52,051 nt of DNA. Source: Methanosarcina sp. UBA7. Its GTDB lineage: Archaea > Halobacteriota > Methanosarcinia > Methanosarcinales > Methanosarcinaceae. The notes under the pieces were generated by a model. That model searched no databases, was not told the origin of the DNA, and worked only from the letters and a program-made list of their open reading frames with translations. The position numbers and the translations under genes were made by a program. Where the stretch lies: NCBI GenBank assembly GCA_002508465.1, contig DAQQ01000063.1, forward strand, positions 1 to 52,051, in the 5' to 3' direction. The stretch's first letter is position 1; each line of letters opens with the position of its first letter. Below are positions 19,010-29,972 of the stretch, in pieces.

Positions 19010-20989
19010 ATGACAGGAATTTCAAGTTCATGCTGCACTTCGGGAAGTGAAAGTAAGAACAAAAGTCCCTATGACCTTACAATAGCTTTCATAGGAAACC
19101 CAAGCGTTGGAAAAAGCGTATTCTTCAGTAGATTAACCGGAGTAGGTGTAGAGATCTCGAATTATCCGGGTACGACAGTTGCTCTTAAAAGGGGAATTGT
19201 AAAGGCTCGGGGAAAAACTATTGAAATCGTTGACCTGCCAGGCATTTATTCTCTTGGGGTCACAAATGAAGATGAGAAAGTAACTAAGAAATTTCTGATT
19301 GAGGACCAACCGGATGTTATAATCAATGTCGTTGACGCAAGCAGACTTGAAAGGAATCTGTACCTGACTCTACAGCTTCTGGAACTCGATATTCCGATGG
19401 TTGTTGCATTAAACCAGGTAGACCTGGCTGCAGACCTAGGAATTCTCGTTGATAAGGACGGACTTTCAGAACTTCTTGGCCTGCCTGTAGTGCCAACGGT
19501 TGCGACCTGGGGAATAGGGCTCGATGAGGTAATGCTTGTAGCCCTTGACGAACAGAATAAAAATCAGGAACACCACCAGGTAAGATATAGCCAGTGGATC
19601 CGACAGGCTCTTTCTAGCCTTGACTATGCTTTTCCCAACATACCTCCAATCGTAAAAATGGCAGCTCTACTAAATGATGCTGAGTTTGTAGAACTCTGCT
19701 GTATGCCGCCTGAAGCTAATGCCTTGCTCTCTTCTGCCAGGCGGTTAAGACAGAACCTGGAGATAGAACAGGGAATTTCAGTACCTGATACTGTTGCAAG
19801 AGATCTCTATGGAGAAACAGGATATATTGTGGACAGCGTGATTTCAAGGTTTGAACCTAAAAAAAATATAAGAGAAAGAATAGATGCTATCCTTACTTCC
19901 CCGAATTTCGGAATTGCAGTGCTCATATCTGCCCTGCTCTTGACTTTCCTTCTTGTTTTCCGGGTAGGAGGCTTCCTTGAGACCTGGATTGTGAATGAAA
20001 TCTTTGAGCCTCATGTGATCCTTCCTGCCGAAGCCGCAACTTCGGGCATGTCGCCTATCATGAAAAATCTGATTGTATATTCTCTTCGGGGAGTAGAGGC
20101 CGGTTTTGCAATTGCCATTCCATACATCGCAGTTTTTTACGCCATTCTTTCCGTATTTGAGGATTCGGGTTATCTTACAAGGGCGGCTTTTCTGCTCGAT
20201 AATCTTACGCATAAGCTTGGTCTTCACGGAAGAGCCGTGATTCCGCTGGTTCTTGGCTTTGGTTGCAATGTTCCTGCAATTATGGCAGTGCATTCCCTTG
20301 GCACGCAGAGGGAAAGGAGGATAGCTTCTCTTCTTATATCTCTAATTCCCTGCTCTGCACGGACCGTCATTATCCTGGGACTTGTTGGAACTTTCGTAGG
20401 TTTCTGGCCTGCAGTTTCAATATATCTTATGGAGATTTTCATTATTGCTAGCATGGGTTTGATTCTGGGAAAGAGCCTGCCAGGACAGAGGAGTGGCTTC
20501 ATCATGGAAATGACTCCTCTTAGAAAACCGGAACTGAAATCTACCCTCAAAAAGACGTGGATGAAAAGTAGAGAATTTTTGTATATTGCTTTCCCGCTTC
20601 TACTCGTTGGAAGCGCGTTTTTGGGAGTTGCTGATGCTCTTGGCCTTCTTTCAATCTTCCAGGACTTTGTAGAGCCTATATCCGTGGGAATGCTGGGCCT
20701 TCCGGCATTTGCAGCGACTGCCCTGGTTTTTGGGATACTTAGAAAGGAAATGGCTCTTCAGATTCTTGCAGTACTTGCAGGTACAGCCAATTTTGCAGCT
20801 GTAATGACACCTGTCCAGATGTACCAATTTGCTGTAATTACGACCATTTATATGCCATGTGTGGCAACGATTGCAGTACTGAAGCACGAACTTGGAATAA
20901 AGGATACGGCTTTGATAGTTATTTTCACTATACTACTAGCTATCGGAATGGGCATTTTGATCCGAATTTTTGGGCCTATTTATCTGTGA
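19010..20989 (+). CDS. feoB: Ferrous iron transporter FeoB
   Basis: GNPSVGKS, NYPGTTV, DLPGIYSL, LEDSGY-like motif, GFGCNVPA and PCSAR. Confidence 0.96.
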   Translation: MTGISSSCCTSGSESKNKSPYDLTIAFIGNPSVGKSVFFSRLTGVGVEISNYPGTTVALKRGIVKARGKTIEIVDLPGIYSLGVTNEDEKVTKKFLIEDQPDVIINVVDASRLERNLYLTLQLLELDIPMVVALNQVDLAADLGILVDKDGLSELLGLPVVPTVATWGIGLDEVMLVALDEQNKNQEHHQVRYSQWIRQALSSLDYAFPNIPPIVKMAALLNDAEFVELCCMPPEANALLSSARRLRQNLEIEQGISVPDTVARDLYGETGYIVDSVISRFEPKKNIRERIDAILTSPNFGIAVLISALLLTFLLVFRVGGFLETWIVNEIFEPHVILPAEAATSGMSPIMKNLIVYSLRGVEAGFAIAIPYIAVFYAILSVFEDSGYLTRAAFLLDNLTHKLGLHGRAVIPLVLGFGCNVPAIMAVHSLGTQRERRIASLLISLIPCSARTVIILGLVGTFVGFWPAVSIYLMEIFIIASMGLILGKSLPGQRSGFIMEMTPLRKPELKSTLKKTWMKSREFLYIAFPLLLVGSAFLGVADALGLLSIFQDFVEPISVGMLGLPAFAATALVFGILRKEMALQILAVLAGTANFAAVMTPVQMYQFAVITTIYMPCVATIAVLKHELGIKDTALIVIFTILLAIGMGILIRIFGPIYL

Positions 20990-21250
20990 TTTCTTTATTC
21001 CGATTTCTGTTTTATTTCTTTATTTCAGTTTCTGTTTTTATACTATGTTGCAGGTTTTCTTACCCAGACTTACCTCAAAAGCAACTGTCTTTCTCTACTT
21101 ATTTATCTAAGTCTATGTGATTAATTTAACAAAAGGAAAATTTTGCTATATCTGGCGCAACATTTATATATTAATAAATGTGTTTTTTCTTTTCAAAAAA
21201 TTCTGTTTTTATCGCAAACTATTAATATTTGGTACATAGTGTTATTCCCG

Positions 21251-21490
21251 ATGACCCGAATTACCACTCACTTACACAAAAACGTGTTGAGTGTTATTAT
21301 GGATATAATCGAAATGGACAATTTCCGTGAGCCTGAACTTGATGAGGTTCAATTTTTCCTTGAAAGCACCGGAACTCACGGTTCCGTTGTTAATGAAGCC
21401 GCTGCGGAAATGGACTGTACCTCTTCCAAAATTCAATCGAGGGAGAATGTACTGGTCGATTTTAAGAGTCCCTTTTCGTCCATTAACTAA
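21251..21490 (+). CDS. Small hypothetical protein (start at 21251 or 21299)
   Basis: GC-richer ORF in an AT-rich intergenic region, with a TATA-like tttatatatt at about 21163. Confidence 0.35.
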   Translation: MTRITTHLHKNVLSVIMDIIEMDNFREPELDEVQFFLESTGTHGSVVNEAAAEMDCTSSKIQSRENVLVDFKSPFSSIN

Positions 21491-21898
21491 CACTTCCCCT
21501 TAAGGATATTTCTCCCTTCTTGAAATCCAACTCTTTAACTCTTTTATTTTAAGTTAAACTTGGGTTTCGTTTACTTATTTTACAGTTTGTGAACCCTTTT
21601 CTCTGGATTTTCCTGTAAATATATCGGGATTTGAATACTACTCTCATTCGATTTGTTCAGGTATGCAGGGCTTGCACAAGTATATTCTATTTATTGTTTT
21701 TATCATGCATATATCGAAAAACATTTATACGAATTTTCGATCAAGTTATTCCTTTTTTGCTTCTTAATTTCTTTTGCTTCCTAATTTTCTTTAGTTTCCT
21801 AATTTTCTTTTGTCCCTTGATCCCTTTTAGTCCTCTTCTATTGTTTCCTTGAAAAACCAGTTTCCGCTTCGGGAAATTTTATATCACAGTTTTTGGGT

Positions 21899-21936
21899 AT
21901 ATCCATCACGGTTTACGATATCCATCACGGTTTACG
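21899..21936. repeat. 19-bp perfect tandem duplication
   Basis: atatccatcacggtttacg x2. Confidence 0.9.
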
Positions 21937-22176
21937 GAGTATTTCAGCAAAAACTAAATAAAAAGATTTTTGTTCTTCTTTGTTGAGAGTTAGAAAAGGT
22001 AGGAAAAACTATCGATTACCATATATATTTAAAGTAAGATTACATGTACTTTGTACATATTATTTAAATTCCTATGATCTAATCAATTTAATTATTATTG
22101 TGCTGACTGCTTTATCACCAGAAAATTCCAGGCAGTCAGGAAATCGGAACCCGAATTTATCATAAGAGGTACTTTT

Positions 22177-23193
22177 ATGAGAACTGGACAGAGGGATGTG
22201 CACAATACACCGCTTAAAAGGCGATTATCGGTAACCTATGAGGAGCTTGAGACTCTCAAGAAATCAATTAAGGTTTCGGTTCTCAATGAACTGCGGGCCG
22301 AAATGGAAAATGTTTCCGATCAGGACTCCATCAAAGATCTTGTCCTTTCCGAAATCAGAACAGAGCTTATGGGAATTCCTAACCCTGCCTTACTCAAGGC
22401 TTCAATCCTGAACGAATTAAGAACAGAATTGAAAGCATCAGGAGAAAATGACTCGGGAACAGCTGACAGGAAACTTAGGGAACTTGGAAGCACTCAGGAT
22501 GGGCTTGTCCGCGAATTGCTCGACCAGAAAACGATAATAAAAAAACTGGAAACACAGATCGGAGATCTTGCTAAACAACTGGATGACGCAAAAAAAACTG
22601 CTCCGGTTGCTCCACCTTCTGTAGTTCCTTCTTCTCCTTCTATTGTTCCATCTTCCATTACTCTGCCTCTTCCTGAAGACCCTCTTGACCTTCCGCCTCT
22701 TTCCAGAAAAGCCAAACCGAGACCTGAGCTTAAAAAAGAAAGACCGGCATATAGACTGGGACAATTTAAGGAAGCTCCTGCCTCCCTGCCAGGTATAGGC
22801 GCAAAAGTTCAGCTAAAACTCAGAGAAATTGAGCCGGCAGATCTTGACAAAGAGGAAGTCGAAACTAAGTGTGAATATATTATTGCAGAAAGTGGTGATA
22901 AAAAAGGGCTTAGAGGCATTATTAGACAGGGACACTCAGTTAGAGAACCTGCCAGGCAACAACAGCCGATCAAAACACAGTTCAGGCAGCCATCCCCAGT
23001 ACCGTCGTTACATGAAAGACAGCCTTCTACTGATAATGCCGGCCATATGAATCAACCCGCAGATGATTATAAATGTGAGTATATAATTGCTGAGAGGCCT
23101 TCGAAAAAGCATTTCATAGAAGAGTCAGTGGACGTGCGGGAAAAAGAAGATGCCGAAGTTATCACATGTAGCCGGAAAAAAAATACTCGGTGA
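22177..23193 (+). CDS. Hypothetical coiled-coil protein with repeated KCEYIIAE motifs, first gene of the smc cluster
   Basis: 338-aa ORF with a GAGGT RBS, ending 57 bp before smc. Confidence 0.8.
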   Translation: MRTGQRDVHNTPLKRRLSVTYEELETLKKSIKVSVLNELRAEMENVSDQDSIKDLVLSEIRTELMGIPNPALLKASILNELRTELKASGENDSGTADRKLRELGSTQDGLVRELLDQKTIIKKLETQIGDLAKQLDDAKKTAPVAPPSVVPSSPSIVPSSITLPLPEDPLDLPPLSRKAKPRPELKKERPAYRLGQFKEAPASLPGIGAKVQLKLREIEPADLDKEEVETKCEYIIAESGDKKGLRGIIRQGHSVREPARQQQPIKTQFRQPSPVPSLHERQPSTDNAGHMNQPADDYKCEYIIAERPSKKHFIEESVDVREKEDAEVITCSRKKNTR

Positions 23194-23250
23194 AATAAAG
23201 CTTAAAAAGACAGAAACATTCTCAAAAACGTAAGATTACAGAGGCATTCT

Positions 23251-26200
23251 GTGTATATAAAAGAGATTGAATTTGTTAATTTTAAGTCTTTCGGAAAAAA
23301 AGTAAAGATCCCCTTTTATAATGACTTTACTACAATTTCGGGTCCGAACGGGAGTGGGAAGTCTAATATAATAGACGGGATTCTTTTTGCACTCGGGCTC
23401 ACAAGTTCAAGGACTCTTCGTGCTGAAAAACTTACCGATCTGATTTATAATGGCGATGCGTCAAAAAAGCCTGATTTTGCTCAGGTTACGATCCGTTTTG
23501 ATAACTCTGACCATAAGTTACCTTTAGAGCTTGATGAAGTTGAGGTCTCAAGAAAGATCAAGCGAACAAAAAGCGGGTACTACAGCTATTTTTATTTCAA
23601 TGGAAAAGCCGTAAGTCTTGGAGAGATCCATTCCCAGCTTGAAAAAGCCGGAATAACGCCTGAAGGCTACAATGTGGTTATGCAGGGAGATGTAACACAA
23701 ATTATCTCCATGACCTCCGTAGAAAGAAGAAAGATTATAGACGAAATCGCAGGAGTTGCGGAGTTTGACGAACGGAAGCAAAAGGCACTTGATGAACTGG
23801 AAATTGTAAGACAGCAAATCGAGCGAGTGGATATAATCCTTGAAGAGGTACGCACTCAGTTAGGAAAACTTGCAGGGGAACGAGACCAGGCATTAAAATA
23901 CCAGGCGCTCAAGGCTGAAAAAGTCAAATTTGAAGGATACCTCCTGCTTTCCAAACTCAAGGATGCCAGGGCTGAACTGCAAAATATTGATAAGGAACTC
24001 ACAGGCAAGGAAGAACACCTTGAAAAAGTCCAGCTACTCCTGAACGAAAGAATGAAGGAACTTCAGGCTCTTGAAGAAACCCTGGAAGAGCTTTCAGTCG
24101 AAATCCGAAAGAAAGGAGAGGATGAACAGCTTCAGGTTAAGAGGGAGATCGAAGAAATAAAGGGAGAAATTTCCCGCTGCGTAGATAGTATAGAGCTTTC
24201 GGAATCCGAACTTGAAGAAGCTGACTCACGACGCAGGAAAGCCTTTGTAGAAATCGATTCCACCAAGGGCAAGGTTAGGGAACTCGAAGAAAAGATTGAA
24301 GTCGAAAACCTGAGAAAAGAAAGCATTTCTTCAGAGTTTTCCGAGCGTAAAACAGAACGCATGCTGCTCCAGAGCAAGATTGCTGATGTAGATGCAAAAT
24401 TTGCTGCTACACGGGATGAGCTCATGACTGTCAGGAAGAAGCTGGAAGATGTAAAAAATGAAAAAAACGAGCTGATCCGAACAGAGGACCGACTTCTTGA
24501 CACACTCCGGAGAAAATCTTTGGAACTCCGGGAGATCGAAAACCAGATCAGAGACGCCGAAGCAGCAGTTGCTACCTCTGACAGTGATACGCTTTCTGTC
24601 AGGTACGAGCTTGAAAAGCTTTCCGAAAATCTGGAATCTCTTATTCGGGACCGTGATGATATCGAAAGCAGCCATTTCAGGATAAAGGAAGATATAAAGA
24701 AACTTGAAAACAAACTCCACAGCCTCCAGCAGGAGTACACAATCACGGAGGCAAGAGTGCGGGCATCTGAACAGGGCGGAGGCTATTCAAGATCTGTGGA
24801 AATGGTAATAGGGGCTGCTAGGCAGGAAGATCTTTTTGGAATTCACGGAACCATTGCCCAGCTTGGAAGAGTGGACAGGCAATACTCAATAGCTCTGGAA
24901 GTTGCTGCAGGAAACCGAATGCAGGCAATTGTTGTGGATACTGATGCCGATGCTGCCGAAGCAATCGAATACCTGAAGCGTAGGAAAGGAGGACGAGCTA
25001 CCTTCCTTCCCCTCAATAAAATGAAAGAGCCCAGGCGACTTGAAAACCTGAGCTACGAAGATGGAGTAATAGGGTACGCAATTGACCTTATTCAGTTTGA
25101 TTCCGGTTTTGAACCTGCTTTCTGGTATGTTTTTCAGGACACTCTTGTTACGGAAAACCTTGCAAGTGCCCGTCGCCTCATGGGAAAGGCGAGAATGGTA
25201 ACCCTTGAAGGCGAACTTCTGGAAAAAAGCGGAGCAATGGTAGGAGGATCAGTTTCCTCTAAATCAGGAGCTTCTTTTGCGGCTGCAGAAAAAGATAAAC
25301 TGCTTGAACTTGCAGAGGAGATCAGATCCCTGGATGCAAGTCGAAGTGCAGCCATAAGCAAGCAGGACAGCATTGAAAGCCATCTTTTCGAGCTGAGCAG
25401 GAAAATTCGGGACTGTGAAGCTACGATCTCAAGAAAAGAGAACCAGCTTGAGGAAATTTCAGGCAGTGAAGCAAAACTTGCTGAACTTCTTGAATCCAAA
25501 CAGGCCGACCTTAAATCAATCGAGAAGTCCAGAACCGAACTCGGAACTGAAATGGAAAAGGTATCTGCAGAGAAATCCGACAAGGAAAAGACCGTATCCG
25601 AGCTTGAGGAGCAGATCTCAGGGCTTGAAACTAAACTTGCTGATTCCCCTCTGCCTGAAATCAACAAAAAAATAGAATTCGTTGACGAAGAACTCCGCAG
25701 GCTAGATGGCCGAATCCGAGATACTGAAGCCACATTAAATGCCTTGCAGCTTGAAAAAGAGTATACCGAACAGAAAATTACTGAAGCAAAGGAAGTTATC
25801 AGGGAGCTTGATGAGAAGAAAGCTTCAAGAATGGAGAAAGTTAATAATCTGAAGAAAAAAATAAAGGAGTTTGAAGAAAAACTTGAAGAAAAGAAAGTCA
25901 GGGAGGTTGAACTCTCAGACGAACTGCTAGGTCTTCAGCAAGAGCGGGAAAAAGTTCAGGTTGAACACAATGCGGTCAAACGCAGGGTAAGTATTGCCTC
26001 AACCACACTTGAAAAAGCGAAGCAGCAGGTTCTTACGCTCACGGCTACTAAAAACGCGCTTTTAGATCAGGAAAAGCAGTTTGCTGAAGAAATCCTGAAA
26101 AGAGGCATAGAGGAGAGCGATGAGGTTCCGAATTACGAAACCGTTTACATGCGGATTCAGGCAATCGATGAAGCCCTCAGGCGGCTTGAGCCCGTCAACA

Positions 26201-26778
26201 TGCGAGCAATTGACGAGTACAATGAGGTAGAACTCAGGCTTTCGGATTTGCAGGGAAAACGTGACACTCTCTTTACCGAGAGAGAGCAGCTCCTTGAGCG
26301 CATTAACCAGTATGAGCAATTAAAGCGAGATGCCTTTATGGAAGCCTATACAGGTATTAATGCCAATTTCAGGGAGATTTTTCATGAGCTTTCCGATGGC
26401 ATGGGTGAACTTTTGCTTGATGATCCCGATGACCCCTTTGCAGGAGGGATGACTATTCAGGCGCAGCCCAAGGAAAAAACTCTCCAGCGGATCGAGGCAA
26501 TGTCCGGAGGGGAAAAGAGTCTTACTGCACTTGCTTTCATTTTCGCGATCCAACAATACCGTCCTGCTCCTTTCTATGCTTTTGATGAAATTGATATGTT
26601 TCTGGACGGCTGGAACGTGGAGAGGGTTTCAAGGCGCGTTAAAACCTCAGGATCAAAAGTCCAGTTTATTGTTGTTTCCTTAAGAAAACCTATGATCCAG
26701 GCCGCATCCAGGACAATAGGGGTTACAATGCAGGAAAATAATCTCACAAGCATTACCGGAGTGAGACTTAATGGCTGA
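23251..26778 (+). CDS. smc: Chromosome segregation ATPase Smc
   Basis: GPNGSGKS Walker A, GRATFLPL and GAMVGG hinge, MSGGEKS, FDEID and long coiled coils. Confidence 0.98.
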   Translation: MYIKEIEFVNFKSFGKKVKIPFYNDFTTISGPNGSGKSNIIDGILFALGLTSSRTLRAEKLTDLIYNGDASKKPDFAQVTIRFDNSDHKLPLELDEVEVSRKIKRTKSGYYSYFYFNGKAVSLGEIHSQLEKAGITPEGYNVVMQGDVTQIISMTSVERRKIIDEIAGVAEFDERKQKALDELEIVRQQIERVDIILEEVRTQLGKLAGERDQALKYQALKAEKVKFEGYLLLSKLKDARAELQNIDKELTGKEEHLEKVQLLLNERMKELQALEETLEELSVEIRKKGEDEQLQVKREIEEIKGEISRCVDSIELSESELEEADSRRRKAFVEIDSTKGKVRELEEKIEVENLRKESISSEFSERKTERMLLQSKIADVDAKFAATRDELMTVRKKLEDVKNEKNELIRTEDRLLDTLRRKSLELREIENQIRDAEAAVATSDSDTLSVRYELEKLSENLESLIRDRDDIESSHFRIKEDIKKLENKLHSLQQEYTITEARVRASEQGGGYSRSVEMVIGAARQEDLFGIHGTIAQLGRVDRQYSIALEVAAGNRMQAIVVDTDADAAEAIEYLKRRKGGRATFLPLNKMKEPRRLENLSYEDGVIGYAIDLIQFDSGFEPAFWYVFQDTLVTENLASARRLMGKARMVTLEGELLEKSGAMVGGSVSSKSGASFAAAEKDKLLELAEEIRSLDASRSAAISKQDSIESHLFELSRKIRDCEATISRKENQLEEISGSEAKLAELLESKQADLKSIEKSRTELGTEMEKVSAEKSDKEKTVSELEEQISGLETKLADSPLPEINKKIEFVDEELRRLDGRIRDTEATLNALQLEKEYTEQKITEAKEVIRELDEKKASRMEKVNNLKKKIKEFEEKLEEKKVREVELSDELLGLQQEREKVQVEHNAVKRRVSIASTTLEKAKQQVLTLTATKNALLDQEKQFAEEILKRGIEESDEVPNYETVYMRIQAIDEALRRLEPVNMRAIDEYNEVELRLSDLQGKRDTLFTEREQLLERINQYEQLKRDAFMEAYTGINANFREIFHELSDGMGELLLDDPDDPFAGGMTIQAQPKEKTLQRIEAMSGGEKSLTALAFIFAIQQYRPAPFYAFDEIDMFLDGWNVERVSRRVKTSGSKVQFIVVSLRKPMIQAASRTIGVTMQENNLTSITGVRLNG

Positions 26779-27790
26779 ACTTATTGATAACGAGGGGGCA
26801 GCGCTTGAAGTACCGCTTCTTCAAGCTAATAAGGTTTCCGAATCCGGAGAAAATGACTCTCTTTTTGTGAAATCCGAGATTTATGAGCTGTCAGGTACTG
26901 TTTCAAGCCTTGGAATCGATTGGAACCTGCTTGATATTTCGGAGTTTGAGACCTCCGAACCTCTGGGCATACTGGTTGAACTTGCGCGAGCAGGAAAAAT
27001 CGATCCCTGGGATATAGACATAGTACAGCTTACTGACAGTTTTCTGGGAAGGGTGGAAGAGCTAAAGCAGATGGACCTTAGAATTTCCTCAAGGACGCTT
27101 CTTTATTCTGCTATTCTCCTGCGCATGAAGTCCTCGGGAATCCTTGAGGTAGAGGAGGAAGAGGTTGATACATTTGATTCGGATTTCCCTGAAGATCCTG
27201 ATTTCCCCGAACCTGCAGAGTTTCCTATCCCGAAACTTCCAGTTCGTCGTGTTTCCACAAGGCCGGTAACACTCAATGAACTGATTCTGGAACTCAAGAA
27301 AGCAGAAAAACACCTCTCAAGAAAAAATGAAAAAAAAACCAGCCAAAATTCAGAAGAATCAAGTCCTCGTCCAAAGCTTACTACAGGAGATATCCTGGGC
27401 ATTGCACATGATGAAGCCATAAGCTCTCGGTTATCCCTTATGTGGCAAAGGCTTGCCGAACTATTTACGAAGCAGTCTGTAGTGGTTTTTTCTAGTTTAC
27501 TGGAAAGAAGTGAAGACAAAATTATGGATTATCTTTCTCTTCTTTTTCTCGCCTCAAGCAGGAAGATATGGCTTTTCCAGAATGGACTTTTTGAAGAATT
27601 ATACATCTATCCGGGAGAAGAATCCGGTTTTTCCACCGAGGCTAATCCATCCATTTTCCACGAAATATTAGTAAAATCAAAAACTAAACCTTCAAAACCT
27701 GAAATTAAAGACTCTTCGGAACTAAATTTGACAGAGGCGATTCCTTCACATGAAAACCAGGATGAAGAGCCGAAGTTAATTGTGCATTGA
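26771..27790 (+). CDS. scpA: Kleisin ScpA
   Basis: IDPWDIDIVQLTDSFL, ILLRMKS and YLSLLFLA; overlaps the smc stop. Confidence 0.92.
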   Translation: MAELIDNEGAALEVPLLQANKVSESGENDSLFVKSEIYELSGTVSSLGIDWNLLDISEFETSEPLGILVELARAGKIDPWDIDIVQLTDSFLGRVEELKQMDLRISSRTLLYSAILLRMKSSGILEVEEEEVDTFDSDFPEDPDFPEPAEFPIPKLPVRRVSTRPVTLNELILELKKAEKHLSRKNEKKTSQNSEESSPRPKLTTGDILGIAHDEAISSRLSLMWQRLAELFTKQSVVVFSSLLERSEDKIMDYLSLLFLASSRKIWLFQNGLFEELYIYPGEESGFSTEANPSIFHEILVKSKTKPSKPEIKDSSELNLTEAIPSHENQDEEPKLIVH

Positions 27791-27994
27791 TACTTACCCC
27801 TTATACTTTGACATTATACTTGTAATTTGACATACTTTGGATCTTGAATATTATCTTGAATATTATCTTGAGTATTATTTTGTGCTCTAAAGTTTTAATC
27901 TTAGTAAAAGCCTGCAAAAACGATTAATTAACCCCGTCTTATTACCAATTAACCTGATTAAAAAATATTTGTTCTTTTTCTGGAAGTGAAAATT

Positions 27995-29110
27995 ATGAGT
28001 GAGCTTGAGATTATCGAAGCCGCGCTTTTTGCTGCTGGCAGGGCTGTAAGCCTCGAAAAGCTTACAAAAATTACAGGAAAACCAAAAAAAGCAGTTCTTT
28101 CGGCAGTACAGAAATTGACAGAGGCTTATTCTTCCCGAGGATCCGGGATTGAGATTCTTGATCTTGGAGAGAGATATGTTATGCAGGTCAAACCCGAATA
28201 CTCCGAGCTTATGCGGGAAGTAGCCCCAAAAGAGCTTTCAGCCCCAAAACTTCGTACCCTTTCCATGATTGCCTATCATCAGCCCCTGCTCCAGTCAGAC
28301 CTTATTGATATGAGAGGAAGCGGAGCCTATGACCATATAAAGGACCTTATAGAGCGAGGTTTTGTAGACTCTGTGCCTTGCGGGAGAAGCAGGCAGCTTT
28401 CTACAACTCCTCTTTTTGCAGACTATTTCGGGCTTAAAAGAAATGATCCTAAAGCAATAAAAGACAAAATCCTTGAACTTTTGAGATCACAGGCCGGGCA
28501 AAGTGATATCAACCTCTGGATAGGAAGGAAGATCATTGCCGTGACACCCATGTACGAATCTTTTATGAACATGTGCGGAATTAAGGAATATTTCATAGCA
28601 AATGCTTACTCGCCTTCAAAGGAGGAAATTTCCCGGCTACTTGAGGCCGACGTAGTCATTATCTCGGCAGGTTATTCCGATACTGTACGGCAGTACTGCG
28701 ACGGAGAAATCCTTGAAGTGCGTTCAACAACTTTTGAAGACCTTATAGAAGCTCTTTCCCTACTTGTCGAAGAACTTCCCGATGAAGTAGACTCCGAAAT
28801 GGTGGAAAAAAGCGTTGAGAAAATTAGAGAAACCAGGGAAAGATATATTTCTTCGGCTGTCCTTATCGAGAAGAAGGTTAAGCCGGCAACTGAAATGGTT
28901 TCAAGAATCGTAAACGATCTTTCCCTTGGAATTTCCGCAGACGGAGTTCTTATCGCACCTGACTATGGAGTTTCGAAAAGTGGGGTTAAGATCGAAAAGG
29001 GTGCTCAGATCCTTATACCCACACATCGTAGTGTTGAGGTTGATCTTCTTCAGAGAGTCTGTGCAAAGTATGATTCTATTCTCGAAGGTCTTAAGAAGTT
29101 TAAAGACTAA
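27995..29110 (+). CDS. scpB: ScpB with a ~190-aa C-terminal extension
   Basis: IEAALFAAG, TLSMIAYHQP, DMRG and TTPLFADYFGL in the first ~170 aa. Confidence 0.92.
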   Translation: MSELEIIEAALFAAGRAVSLEKLTKITGKPKKAVLSAVQKLTEAYSSRGSGIEILDLGERYVMQVKPEYSELMREVAPKELSAPKLRTLSMIAYHQPLLQSDLIDMRGSGAYDHIKDLIERGFVDSVPCGRSRQLSTTPLFADYFGLKRNDPKAIKDKILELLRSQAGQSDINLWIGRKIIAVTPMYESFMNMCGIKEYFIANAYSPSKEEISRLLEADVVIISAGYSDTVRQYCDGEILEVRSTTFEDLIEALSLLVEELPDEVDSEMVEKSVEKIRETRERYISSAVLIEKKVKPATEMVSRIVNDLSLGISADGVLIAPDYGVSKSGVKIEKGAQILIPTHRSVEVDLLQRVCAKYDSILEGLKKFKD

Positions 29111-29305
29111 ATTACCTGAGAAAATATACAAACTCCCCCGTCTCTACTCATTTTTTTCAAACGACGGGCGTCCTTAATTTAAGCTTTTCTATGGCCTTTA
29201 TATTCCATATATAAACCATTTATATAGTAACCTGGGTATTTAACTATAGCTTTATATACTTGGTTAGAGGATATTACCTTTGCTTTATATACTGAGGGTT
29301 GACTA

Positions 29306-29857
29306 ATGAGCGAATCTAGCATCAAGATCGAAAATGTGGTTGCATCCACTAAACTCGCTGAAGAATTCGACTTAACTGTTATCGAGTCCCAATTCGAAGG
29401 AGCCGAGTACAACAAACAGAAGTTTCCCGGACTCGTTTACAGGGTTTCAGATCCTAAAGCTGCATTCCTGGTCTTTACTTCTGGTAAGGTTGTCTGTACA
29501 GGGGCAAAAAATGTTGCCGATGTACATACAGTTATAGGCAATATGGCGAGAAAGCTGAACAGTATAGGGATCAAGACCATAGAGAATCCCCAGATTACTG
29601 TCCAGAATATTGTTGCTTCAGCAGACCTGCATACTATTTTGAACCTGAACGCAATTGCAATAGGGCTTGGACTTGAAAACATTGAATATGAGCCCGAGCA
29701 GTTCCCTGGTCTTGTATACAGAATTGATGAGCCCAAAGTAGTTGTGCTTATATTCAGCTCCGGAAAACTGGTAGTTACAGGTGGAAAATCTCCTGAAGAC
29801 TGCGAGAGGGGAGTTGAAGTCGTCCGCCAGCAGCTCGACAACATGGGGCTTTTATAA
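29306..29857 (+). CDS. tbp: TATA-box-binding protein
   Basis: IENVVAS / QNIVAS repeats, [12 protein letters not shown] and [11 protein letters not shown]. Confidence 0.98.
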   Translation: MSESSIKIENVVASTKLAEEFDLTVIESQFEGAEYNKQKFPGLVYRVSDPKAAFLVFTSGKVVCTGAKNVADVHTVIGNMARKLNSIGIKTIENPQITVQNIVASADLHTILNLNAIAIGLGLENIEYEPEQFPGLVYRIDEPKVVVLIFSSGKLVVTGGKSPEDCERGVEVVRQQLDNMGLL

Positions 29858-29909
29858 GAACCCTCAATATATTACATACAACCTTTACTGGAAGTAAAGT
29901 AACCGATAT

Positions 29910-29962
29910 AACTTATACAATAAAATGGATTTATACAATAAAATTAACTTATACAATAAAAC
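29910..29962. repeat. 18-bp tandem repeat x3 (ttatacaataaaa core)
   Basis: Core at 29913, 29931 and 29949. Confidence 0.85.
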
Positions 29963-29972
29963 GGATTCTGCG

